Shown here piece by piece: positions 57,019-64,000 of a stretch of 64,000 nucleotides of DNA. Numbering within the stretch: position 1 is the first letter of the stretch; each line of letters opens with the position of its first letter. Source of the stretch: an uncultured Bacteroidota bacterium. GTDB taxonomy: Bacteria; Bacteroidota; Bacteroidia; Flavobacteriales; Flavobacteriaceae. A program made the position numbers and the translations under genes. The DNA lies in contig CABZAD010000002.1 of the NCBI GenBank assembly GCA_902523665.1, forward strand, positions 6,263-70,262. Direction: 5' to 3'. The notes under the pieces were generated by a model, which was given only the letters and a program-made list of their open reading frames with translations, did not search any database and was not told the origin of the DNA.

Positions 57019-58020
57019 TTATGATTTTAAATCACTTTTAATTTCTTCAAGATTCAATAATAATTTTTTCATTTCTTCGACATTTAACATATTTGTATTA
57101 TTTGAATTATACTCATTAATTTGTATTTCTGTTTTACCCTTTGAAAAATATTTGTCATAATTTAAATCTCGACCATCAGGAACTATTTTATAATAATTAC
57201 CAAGATCTTCTGAAGAACTCATCTCTTCCTTTGTTACTAGAGTCTCATACATTTTTTCACCATGTCTAACTCCAATATATTTAATTTTAGAAGAAGAATT
57301 ATAGATGCTTATTAATGCTTTAGCAACGGTTTCAATAGTTGCTGACGGGGATTTTTGAACAAAAATATCTCCATTATTTGCATTTTCAAAAGCATGATTT
57401 ACTAGATTAACAGCATCATCTAAACTCATCATAAATCTAGTCATTTCAGGACTTGTTAGCGTTAAGTCTTGTTTGTTTTTTATTTGTTTTATAAATAAAG
57501 GGATAACTGAACCTCGAGATGCCATAACATTTCCATACCTTGTTCCACAAAAGATTGTATTTTTAATATCAAGATTTCTGGAATTAGAAATCATTACTTT
57601 TTCCATTAAAGCTTTTGACATTCCCATGGCATTAATTGGATATGCTGCCTTATCAGTACTTAAAACAACAAGCTTTTTAATGTTGTTTCTTTTTGCTAGA
57701 GTTAATACATTATTGGCTCCAATTATATTAGTTTTTACTGCTTCAATAGGAAAAAATTCACAAGATGGTACCTGCTTTAATGCAGCTGCGTGAAACACAT
57801 AGTCAACATTATAAATTGCCGGCTCAATTGAGTTGATATCCCTTACGTCACCTAAATAAAATTTAACTTTAGGAGAGTCAATAAGTTTCCTTAGATCATC
57901 CTGTTTCTTTTCATCCCTTGAAAAAATTCTAATTTCACTAAAATTATTGTTTTTGAACTGTTTATTAAGGAACGCTTTACCAAAAGAACCTGTCCCACCT
58001 GTTATTAATAGCTTGCTCAT
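57019..58020 (-). CDS. fnlA: UDP-GlcNAc 4,6-dehydratase/5-epimerase, FnlA/CapE type
   Basis: MSKLLITGGTGSFG ... EIRIFSRDEKKQDDLRK ... FYLGDVRD is near-canonical CapE/FnlA. Start placed at ATG 58020; the ORF is open to 58041. Confidence 0.9.
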   Translation of the reverse strand: MSKLLITGGTGSFGKAFLNKQFKNNNFSEIRIFSRDEKKQDDLRKLIDSPKVKFYLGDVRDINSIEPAIYNVDYVFHAAALKQVPSCEFFPIEAVKTNIIGANNVLTLAKRNNIKKLVVLSTDKAAYPINAMGMSKALMEKVMISNSRNLDIKNTIFCGTRYGNVMASRGSVIPLFIKQIKNKQDLTLTSPEMTRFMMSLDDAVNLVNHAFENANNGDIFVQKSPSATIETVAKALISIYNSSSKIKYIGVRHGEKMYETLVTKEEMSSSEDLGNYYKIVPDGRDLNYDKYFSKGKTEIQINEYNSNNTNMLNVEEMKKLLLNLEEIKSDLKS

Positions 58021-58061
58021 GAAAATAATGTGTATTAACAAATATATCGATAATATTTATA

Positions 58062-58069
58062 TATTTTTG
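58062..58069 (+). promoter_or_regulatory. Candidate -7 promoter box (TATTTTTG) for the formyltransferase-deacetylase pair
   Basis: Exact TAnnTTTG 36 nt upstream of the ATG at 58106. Confidence 0.3.
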
Positions 58070-58105
58070 ATAACTGCAAATGATTGAAATCTTGATGATA
58101 ATTTT

Positions 58106-58906
58106 ATGAAAAAGATAGTATTGCTTACTGGTAACGAACTAAGACATATTTTCTTTAAAAAATATATGTCGAATCATAGCGAAATTTCTGTAATTGCGTC
58201 ATTTTGTGAATCTGTTAATGGAAACATCATAAAAAAGGTTAGTCAACAAGAAAATAATGAATTAAGAACAAAACATCTGGAAGAAAGAGTAAAATCTGAA
58301 ATAATTTTTTTTAAAAAATTTTGTGATGAAACTAAAGATATGTCCAACTCTATTTTTATAAATAGAGGCGATATTAATCTAATTGAAAATGTTAATAAAA
58401 TAAAAGTATTAAACCCCGACTTAATTATTTCATACGGCTGCTCAATAATTAAATCAGAACTTTTAAAAATCTTTAAAGGTAAGTTTATTAATATCCATCT
58501 AGGAATTTCTCCTTATTACAGAGGATCTGGAACTAATTTTTGGCCATTTGTTGAAAATGAGTTGTCTGCTGTAGGAACAACTTTTATGCATATAGATGAG
58601 GGAATAGATACTGGAGCTATAATTCACCAGATTAGAGCAGAAATTAAAATAAACGATTCTATACACTCAATAGGAAACAGGCTCATCCAAGATTCTACAA
58701 ATGAGTGTATTAAAATAATTAAATCTTTTCGTAAGCTAAAAAAACAGGAAAAAAATAAACGTAAAGGCAAATTATATAGAAATATAGATTTTAACGAAGA
58801 GTGTGTTAGAGAAGCCTATAAAAATCTAGATAAAAAAATTAATAATTATATTAATAAAAAATCATTGCTTGACAAAGAGTTTCCAATAATAAATGCATTT
58901 GAATAG
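58106..58906 (+). CDS. Formyltransferase-family protein (sugar N-formyltransferase candidate)
   Basis: Formyl-transferase core INIHLGISPYYRGSGTNFWP (Asn/His) with a downstream Asp (HIDEGIDTGAII). 266 aa. Confidence 0.7.
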   Translation: MKKIVLLTGNELRHIFFKKYMSNHSEISVIASFCESVNGNIIKKVSQQENNELRTKHLEERVKSEIIFFKKFCDETKDMSNSIFINRGDINLIENVNKIKVLNPDLIISYGCSIIKSELLKIFKGKFINIHLGISPYYRGSGTNFWPFVENELSAVGTTFMHIDEGIDTGAIIHQIRAEIKINDSIHSIGNRLIQDSTNECIKIIKSFRKLKKQEKNKRKGKLYRNIDFNEECVREAYKNLDKKINNYINKKSLLDKEFPIINAFE

Positions 58907-59835
58907 TGAAAGCCATAATGTATCATTATGTTAGACCAAAGGATGAAAAATTTCCAAATCTTTTTAGACTTGATATTAATTCTTTCAAAAAACAATTAGA
59001 TTATTTTGAAGCTAATTATGGATTTATTAGTAAAGATTCATTCATAGATTCAATCAGAAATAAAGAAAAAAAAAATGGGGTATTACTAACTTTTGATGAT
59101 GGACTTATTTGCCATTATAAAAATGTTTTTCCAGAATTAAAAAAAAGAGGTCTTTGGGGAATTTTCTATATACCTACTTTTCCTTTAAAACACAATAAAA
59201 TTTTGGATGTCCACAGAATTCATATTCTACTTTCAAATTGTAATGTACAAGAAATCTATTCATATTTATTAGATATGGATATTGAAAAAATATTTGATAA
59301 AAATAAAATTGATGAATTTAAAAAACTGACTTATATAAATCAGAAAAATGATCAATACTCGTTAATTATTAAAAGAATTTTAAATTATTATGTTAAATAC
59401 AATGAACGTAAAAAAGTAATTGATGAGTTATTTAATGAATTTTTAAAAGAGGACTTTTCTGTGAAGGATGTATATTTAAGTATTGACAATCTAAAGGAAA
59501 TGCAGTCTGAGGGAATGATAATTGGTAGTCATACTGAAAATCACCAAGTGTTATCGAAGCTACCTACAAAGATTCAAAAGTATGAAGTTGAAAATTCTTT
59601 TCAATTTATTGAAAGTAAAATTGGATTTTTAGATGTAAAGACATTTTGCTATCCATACGGTGGGTTTCATACTTTCAATAATCAAACTGAGAAAATCCTA
59701 TATAATTATGGATGTGATTTCTCATTCAATGTCGAGCAAAGAGATATTAGCCAAAATGATTTAGTCAACAGAGTTCATGCTTTACCAAGATTTGACTGCA
59801 ATCAATTTAAGTATGGTAAATCATCTAATAATTAA
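58906..59835 (+). CDS. Polysaccharide deacetylase (NodB-homology) family protein
   Basis: IMYHYVR ... LLTFDDG ... GSHTENH motifs. GTG start at 58906 overlaps the preceding stop; the ATG at 58918 is an alternative. Confidence 0.7.
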   Translation: MKAIMYHYVRPKDEKFPNLFRLDINSFKKQLDYFEANYGFISKDSFIDSIRNKEKKNGVLLTFDDGLICHYKNVFPELKKRGLWGIFYIPTFPLKHNKILDVHRIHILLSNCNVQEIYSYLLDMDIEKIFDKNKIDEFKKLTYINQKNDQYSLIIKRILNYYVKYNERKKVIDELFNEFLKEDFSVKDVYLSIDNLKEMQSEGMIIGSHTENHQVLSKLPTKIQKYEVENSFQFIESKIGFLDVKTFCYPYGGFHTFNNQTEKILYNYGCDFSFNVEQRDISQNDLVNRVHALPRFDCNQFKYGKSSNN

Positions 59836-60968
59836 ATATTTGATTTGAAAAAGCTAAGTGTATTAATTACATTATTTTTCCATAAGTAATTTCTTGATTC
59901 AAGAAAATTACTATTTGACATTTCAATTAGCTTATCATCTTTCATGTTCAGTAGAATAGTTTTCTTAATATCATTTATATCATTACTATCAAAAAAAATA
60001 TCTTGGCTCATGACTAAATCTTTCATTGGACTTTTTCTTGTTGTTATTATTGGTAAGCCAAAACTCATCGCTTCTAACATTATAAATGGCAAATTTTCAC
60101 ATGATGAAGCAAATAAAAATAATGAAGTGTTTTTATAATATTTTGAAATGTCTTGACTTGGTATTTTTCCTAAAACTTTAATTTTATTTCTCAAATGCTT
60201 GTTACTTTTTAAAACTTTTTTCATTCTATTAAATTGGACTCTATCTTTTTGTCCAATTAACGTTAAATTAATATCATATCCTTCAACTATTAATTCCTTG
60301 ACAGCTAAAAAGACATTCAGATTATTTTTATATGGCAAAAAATCTGATATATATAAAATATTAAAATGATTATTTCTAATTTTATAAATATTATTAGACT
60401 GTTGATGGATACCATGAGGAACTATTATTGATTTTACTTTATTAGACATTTTATTGTTTATGATTTTATAGGCATATTCAGTTAAAAATATTACACCATT
60501 AGATTTATTAAATGAATACAACTGCAAAACTCTAATCAGATAAAACTTAATTCTTTTAAAAAATGAAAAATTTATAATTGATTCTGAGTCAAATGGCAAC
60601 ATATTCTGACTCATTGTAAAAAAAGGTTTAAATCTAGATAGAAAAATACCTCCAGGTGCGAAAACAAGATCACATTTATTATTTTTAAAATAATATGATG
60701 AAATAAATAATTGTGATATCAGAGATAGTAAACTACCACAATTTAAAAATTTGTTAGAAATACACTTAACATTTGATAGCTCACTAAAATCATTATTTAC
60801 ATAATGATTAGAAACAACTACAAAATGAATATTCTTGTCCTCATAAATACAATTTATTATAAATTTTTCTAAATGTTTTTTGCCTCCTCCTGTTCTTATA
60901 TTTGATGCATCAATTCCAATTATCATATCAAAGCTTAATTTATCATTGAGATTAATGTTTTGTTCCAA
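59832..60968 (-). CDS. Glycosyltransferase (GT-B, GT4-like)
   Basis: 378 aa. C-terminal half with ASSCENLPFIMLEAMSFGLPIITT (E-x7-E-type region). Confidence 0.7.
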   Translation of the reverse strand: MEQNINLNDKLSFDMIIGIDASNIRTGGGKKHLEKFIINCIYEDKNIHFVVVSNHYVNNDFSELSNVKCISNKFLNCGSLLSLISQLFISSYYFKNNKCDLVFAPGGIFLSRFKPFFTMSQNMLPFDSESIINFSFFKRIKFYLIRVLQLYSFNKSNGVIFLTEYAYKIINNKMSNKVKSIIVPHGIHQQSNNIYKIRNNHFNILYISDFLPYKNNLNVFLAVKELIVEGYDINLTLIGQKDRVQFNRMKKVLKSNKHLRNKIKVLGKIPSQDISKYYKNTSLFLFASSCENLPFIMLEAMSFGLPIITTRKSPMKDLVMSQDIFFDSNDINDIKKTILLNMKDDKLIEMSNSNFLESRNYLWKNNVINTLSFFKSNI

Positions 60969-61996
60969 TTTTTATGGTTGATTTTTTTAGCAATTAAATT
61001 AGAGTTTGAGCTAAAATTATCTAATTGTGTAGATGAAAGAGTAACAATTTTAATAATTGAATCTTTTATGGAATTAATATCATAAGGATCAAATTTATAT
61101 CCATTAGTACCTTCTTCAACTAAATCAAATGAGGAACCACAATTTTTTGAACAAATTATTGGAAATCCAAGTGCCATCATTTCATGGACAACTACACCCC
61201 ATGGTTCATATACACTAGGTAAGCAAAATATATCACAGTTATAGGCTATCTTGATAATTTCTTTTTGATTTTTAATGCCTAATAATTTGACACAATTAAA
61301 CTTTTCTAATTTATTAAGAAGATATCCTTCACCTATAATAATAAGTTTATGCTTTTTATTAAATTTTTTATTAATTAACTCAATTGCTTTAGTTAGTCTT
61401 AAAATATTTTTTTCTTTTACAAGTCTTCCAATAAAAAGAAAATTAAAACTATCTTTTTTTAAAAATTTTTTTTTCTTGTAACTTTTGAAAAAAATTTCAG
61501 CTGCTACGTAGAATCCACTGTAAATTTTATTTTCCTTAAAACCTATAAATTTTGCATATTTTGTTTGTTGTGATCCAACACCCCAAAATTTATCAAAATA
61601 TTGAGTGTAAAGATAGTTTTTGAACAACCTCTGTAAAAGTTGACGATATGATCCTCTATACATAGTATCCTGGATTGTAACTCTTATTGTTTTATCACAA
61701 AATATTTTTGCAATTTTTAAATAATCAGAATTCATTCTACCAGATAATAAAATTATTGAAGGTTTAAGATCGTTAACAAAACTGACTAAATTATTAAAAG
61801 ATCTAAATTGACTCTTTGGAGTAAATTTAGATTGTAATTTCTCATTAATCGATATTCCTTTAAACATATTAAGATAGACTACATGAATAAAAAAATTATT
61901 ATGTTTAGAAGAGAAGTTTTCTATAGATCCAAGAAAATATGGTGTTAACTCAGCATACAAAAATAGAATTCTACTACTTGGTTTTTTTACATTCAT
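60935..61996 (-). CDS. Glycosyltransferase (GT-B, GT4-like)
   Basis: 353 aa, with LPSVYEPWGVVVHEMMALGFPIICS (E-x7-E-type region). Overlaps the next gene by 34 nt. Confidence 0.7.
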   Translation of the reverse strand: MNVKKPSSRILFLYAELTPYFLGSIENFSSKHNNFFIHVVYLNMFKGISINEKLQSKFTPKSQFRSFNNLVSFVNDLKPSIILLSGRMNSDYLKIAKIFCDKTIRVTIQDTMYRGSYRQLLQRLFKNYLYTQYFDKFWGVGSQQTKYAKFIGFKENKIYSGFYVAAEIFFKSYKKKKFLKKDSFNFLFIGRLVKEKNILRLTKAIELINKKFNKKHKLIIIGEGYLLNKLEKFNCVKLLGIKNQKEIIKIAYNCDIFCLPSVYEPWGVVVHEMMALGFPIICSKNCGSSFDLVEEGTNGYKFDPYDINSIKDSIIKIVTLSSTQLDNFSSNSNLIAKKINHKNWNKTLISMIN

Positions 61997-62865
61997 TAAT
62001 TCTTAAACTTCAATTTATTTCTTTGAGGTTTTTCAATATCTAAAATTTCTTGGCTTTTAAATTTTAGTGCATCATAAACTGTATTTAAATTTCTAGATAA
62101 CTTTGACATACCGGGAGCTTCTAGAGAGGCTGCATGATCTGTTCCTTTCCAAGTTCTATCTTTAGTAAAATGTCTCTCAATCCATGTTGCCCCAAGAGTA
62201 TATGCAGATATATCAATTGCAATACCTTTATGGTGGCCTGAAAAAGCATAGTCAAATATCTCATCCTTAAATATTTTTTGGAGATTTAAAAGTTCCATTA
62301 AACAAACTTCATTTGCCTCTACAGGATAACCCGAGGTACAAGAATATATTACAAGACTTTTTAATTTATTTTTTGATTTAAATAATGTCTTTAGACTTTC
62401 AAGTTCATTTTTATAAGTCATTCCAGTTGATATATGGATTTGACCATCATAATTATTAATCAAATACTCAAGCAGTTTATGATGATTATTCATTGCTGAG
62501 GGTATCTTAATATATTCTGGGTTCAATTTTACCACTTCTTCTGCACTTTTTAAGTCCCATACTGATACAGAATAGCCTATACCTTTTTCTTCACAGTACT
62601 TTTTTAACTTGTAATGAGTATCTATACTAAATTCTAATTTTTCTCTATGTTCACCATAGGTTGAACCGTATGAGTTTATTGGATTAGGATGTGGTGATTT
62701 ATACTCTTTTTTTGAGAGTAATTCCTTATTGTTTCTTTTTTGAAATTTTACAAAATCTGCACCCGAGTTTTTTGCTAAATCAATTAATTCATAGGCAATA
62801 TCTAATTGGCCCATATGGTTACACCCTATTTCTGCCACTATAATTGGCTTTTTATATTTTTTCAT
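61996..62865 (-). CDS. NeuB-family (N-acylneuraminate / nonulosonic acid synthase-like) TIM-barrel enzyme, short form
   Basis: PIIVAEIGCNHMGQLDIAYELIDLAKNSGADFVKFQKR is the NeuB N-terminal signature. At 289 aa there is no room for the C-terminal SAF domain. Confidence 0.8.
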   Translation of the reverse strand: MKKYKKPIIVAEIGCNHMGQLDIAYELIDLAKNSGADFVKFQKRNNKELLSKKEYKSPHPNPINSYGSTYGEHREKLEFSIDTHYKLKKYCEEKGIGYSVSVWDLKSAEEVVKLNPEYIKIPSAMNNHHKLLEYLINNYDGQIHISTGMTYKNELESLKTLFKSKNKLKSLVIYSCTSGYPVEANEVCLMELLNLQKIFKDEIFDYAFSGHHKGIAIDISAYTLGATWIERHFTKDRTWKGTDHAASLEAPGMSKLSRNLNTVYDALKFKSQEILDIEKPQRNKLKFKN

Positions 62866-62874
62866 TTTTTATAT

Positions 62875-63165
62875 TTATAATTCTTCGATTCGTTTAGTTT
62901 TATCACAGATTAGTAAATCATAGTCTGGTTTTTCTCCAACAGATAAAGAATGAAACTTACAATTCCATTTTTTTAATTGATTTAAAGTTAACTCGTAATG
63001 ATTTACTCTTGTTACATATCCTCTTGCGGTCCAATAAATAATTTCATTGCCTTTTTCAAACAGATTATTAATTTTTATTATGTTTTCCTTAATAGGTATA
63101 GCACCAGAATAATCTGTACCAACTGTTTTGCAAATAGTATTATCTATATCAACATATATTTTCAT
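62875..63165 (-). CDS. Minimal HAD-superfamily phosphatase-like protein
   Basis: 96 aa with motif I DIDNT, motif II WTAR, and a motif III/IV-like GEKPDYDLLICD. Confidence 0.5.
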   Translation of the reverse strand: MKIYVDIDNTICKTVGTDYSGAIPIKENIIKINNLFEKGNEIIYWTARGYVTRVNHYELTLNQLKKWNCKFHSLSVGEKPDYDLLICDKTKRIEEL

Positions 63166-63170
63166 AGTTT

Positions 63171-64000
63171 TTATTTTACTTTTGTTATTCCAAAGATTAA
63201 GTTTTTAAAATATAAACTAAAATTGATTAAAATTTCTCTATCTCCTTTAACAATATGAACAAATAGCTTTGCTGGAACAGCAATTAGTCTCATGTAAAGA
63301 GGGGTTTTTAAAAATACACCCCCATAGCTGTAAACTCCATCTTCAATAAATTTGTATGCAGGAAGGGCAAAAGAAGATTTCATATAATAAGTAAATGATA
63401 TAATAGATCCTCTTACAGGCATGACTTTATATTTGTTATTAAAAATTAACTCAATTGCATCTTGAGTGGTTTCTTCAAAATTTGCAATAGAGAATTTAAC
63501 AAACTTACTGGGCCCTATCTGAACTACAGGCTTTCTTAAGTAATTAGCCTCAACTGCAATACTTGAGCAAAAATTAATTACAAGTTTACTATATTCGATG
63601 AGAGCATAACTATCTGTAAAATTTTCTGGAAATAAAACTGTTACATCATTACTTAGTAATTTATATTTATTCATTGTTGATTTATGAATAGATTTTTGAT
63701 TGGGATGCATTTTTATTACAAAGTCATACTTATCTGAAAGTTTTGAGGAAATTAGCTCCTTTATACTTTCAATTTGATCAAGTATTGTATATTTTGACCA
63801 GTCTGAGCCTATGAATCTATATTCATCATCACTTGAAACAAAAACTGAAATTATAGGTTTTGATAAATTTTTTACACTTTGATCTATATGATTATCTATT
63901 TGATTTTTTGTGTACGCTACATCATTGATTGGAATTTTTTTTCTCTTATAAGAAAAATATTTTGCTGCAAGATTTCTAGATTCTCTAAAGTATTTTAGAT
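63171..64000 (-). CDS. Capsule-biosynthesis-type protein (possible KpsS/KpsC-like or related glycosyl/phosphotransferase), 5' end outside window
   Basis: The minus-strand frame stays open from the listed Met (63710) to the window edge, so the N-terminus is missing. Family assignment rests only on weak resemblance (VIKMHPNQ, VINFCSSIAVEANYLRKPVV). Confidence 0.35.
   Translation of the reverse strand, partial: LKYFRESRNLAAKYFSYKRKKIPINDVAYTKNQIDNHIDQSVKNLSKPIISVFVSSDDEYRFIGSDWSKYTILDQIESIKELISSKLSDKYDFVIKMHPNQKSIHKSTMNKYKLLSNDVTVLFPENFTDSYALIEYSKLVINFCSSIAVEANYLRKPVVQIGPSKFVKFSIANFEETTQDAIELIFNNKYKVMPVRGSIISFTYYMKSSFALPAYKFIEDGVYSYGGVFLKTPLYMRLIAVPAKLFVHIVKGDREILINFSLYFKNLIFGITKVK

Noticed and set aside
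58021-58041. Longer start for fnlA (MLIHIIFMSK...), and likewise 50592-50651 for the VTC-like gene.
   Set aside because: The FnlA/CapE family begins right at the Rossmann strand (MSKLLITGG). The long VTC start would overlap the CotH gene by 80 nt. Internal ATGs were preferred, and the uncertainty is noted in the feature entries.
58040-58058. Imperfect palindrome AAATATATCGATAATATTT in the divergent fnlA/formyltransferase region as a regulator operator.
   Set aside because: Symmetry is broken by one extra base, the sequence is all AT around an ATCGAT core, and there is no regulator gene nearby. The evidence is insufficient.
5682-63258. Thirty-two ORFs of 60-173 aa in the six-frame track that lie inside longer recognisable genes, antisense or out of frame. 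They start at 5682, 5815, 7586, 9676, 14634, 15856, 16132, 17345, 23332, 24422, 25138, 25990, 26914, 28246, 28687, 29482, 31307, 32636, 35336, 36496, 40333, 41447, 44119, 45364, 45381, 50774, 53664, 55562, 57473, 59944, 61275 and 62998.
   Set aside because: Each is fully or largely embedded in a gene with clear family motifs. Their translations are low-complexity (Ser/Leu/Ile/Phe-rich) with no recognisable motif. Long antisense ORFs are expected opposite AT-rich coding sequence.
1-64000. Mobile elements, prophage remnants, toxin-antitoxin or known defence systems (restriction-modification, CRISPR-Cas, Abi and similar).
   Set aside because: No integrase, transposase, recombinase, nuclease/helicase/methylase signatures, inverted terminal repeats or direct-repeat arrays were seen in either strand's ORFs.

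Overview
AT-rich (about 30% GC by eye), very gene-dense chromosomal segment with about 65 genes. Most intergenic gaps are under 100 bp and many stops and starts overlap. Gene content and order point to a streamlined Flavobacteriia (Bacteroidota) genome: rplM-rpsI-rpsB-tsf, sufBCDSE, a TonB-dependent receptor, DUF1080/DUF3078/DUF3127 families and TAnnTTTG promoter boxes. The window has three parts. (i) 0.2-9 kb is a periplasmic oxidative sugar/glycoside cluster: azurin-like cupredoxin, Tat small subunit plus GMC flavoprotein, two xylose-isomerase-like TIM barrels, a NupG-type MFS, a Gfo/Idh/MocA oxidoreductase and tandem DUF1080 genes. (ii) 9-45.7 kb is housekeeping: gmk, nadD, the suf operon, thiL, a ZIP transporter, crtY, a polyprenyl synthase, a TetR-TolC-RND efflux operon, aspS, tadA, polA, ribosomal proteins, tsf, sppA, greA, ahcY, and a vitamin-uptake operon with an internal TPP riboswitch in front of a TonB-dependent receptor. 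(iii) 45.7-64 kb is a surface-polysaccharide locus: an FnlABC/WbuB-type L-FucNAc module, glycosyltransferases, a formyltransferase plus deacetylase, and a NeuB-family synthase plus mini-HAD. The most unusual item sits inside part (iii). It is a tightly overlapping operon (47.6-53.3 kb) encoding a DUF4956 membrane protein, a membrane-anchored CotH kinase-like protein fused to a beta-helix, a VTC/triphosphate-tunnel (polyphosphate-polymerase-like) protein, an anchored metallophosphoesterase and an anchored GSDH-type beta-propeller. As far as I know this combination has no described function. No rRNA, tRNA, CRISPR array, transposase, integrase or recognisable defence gene was found. All family assignments come from reading motifs in the supplied translations; no database search was run.
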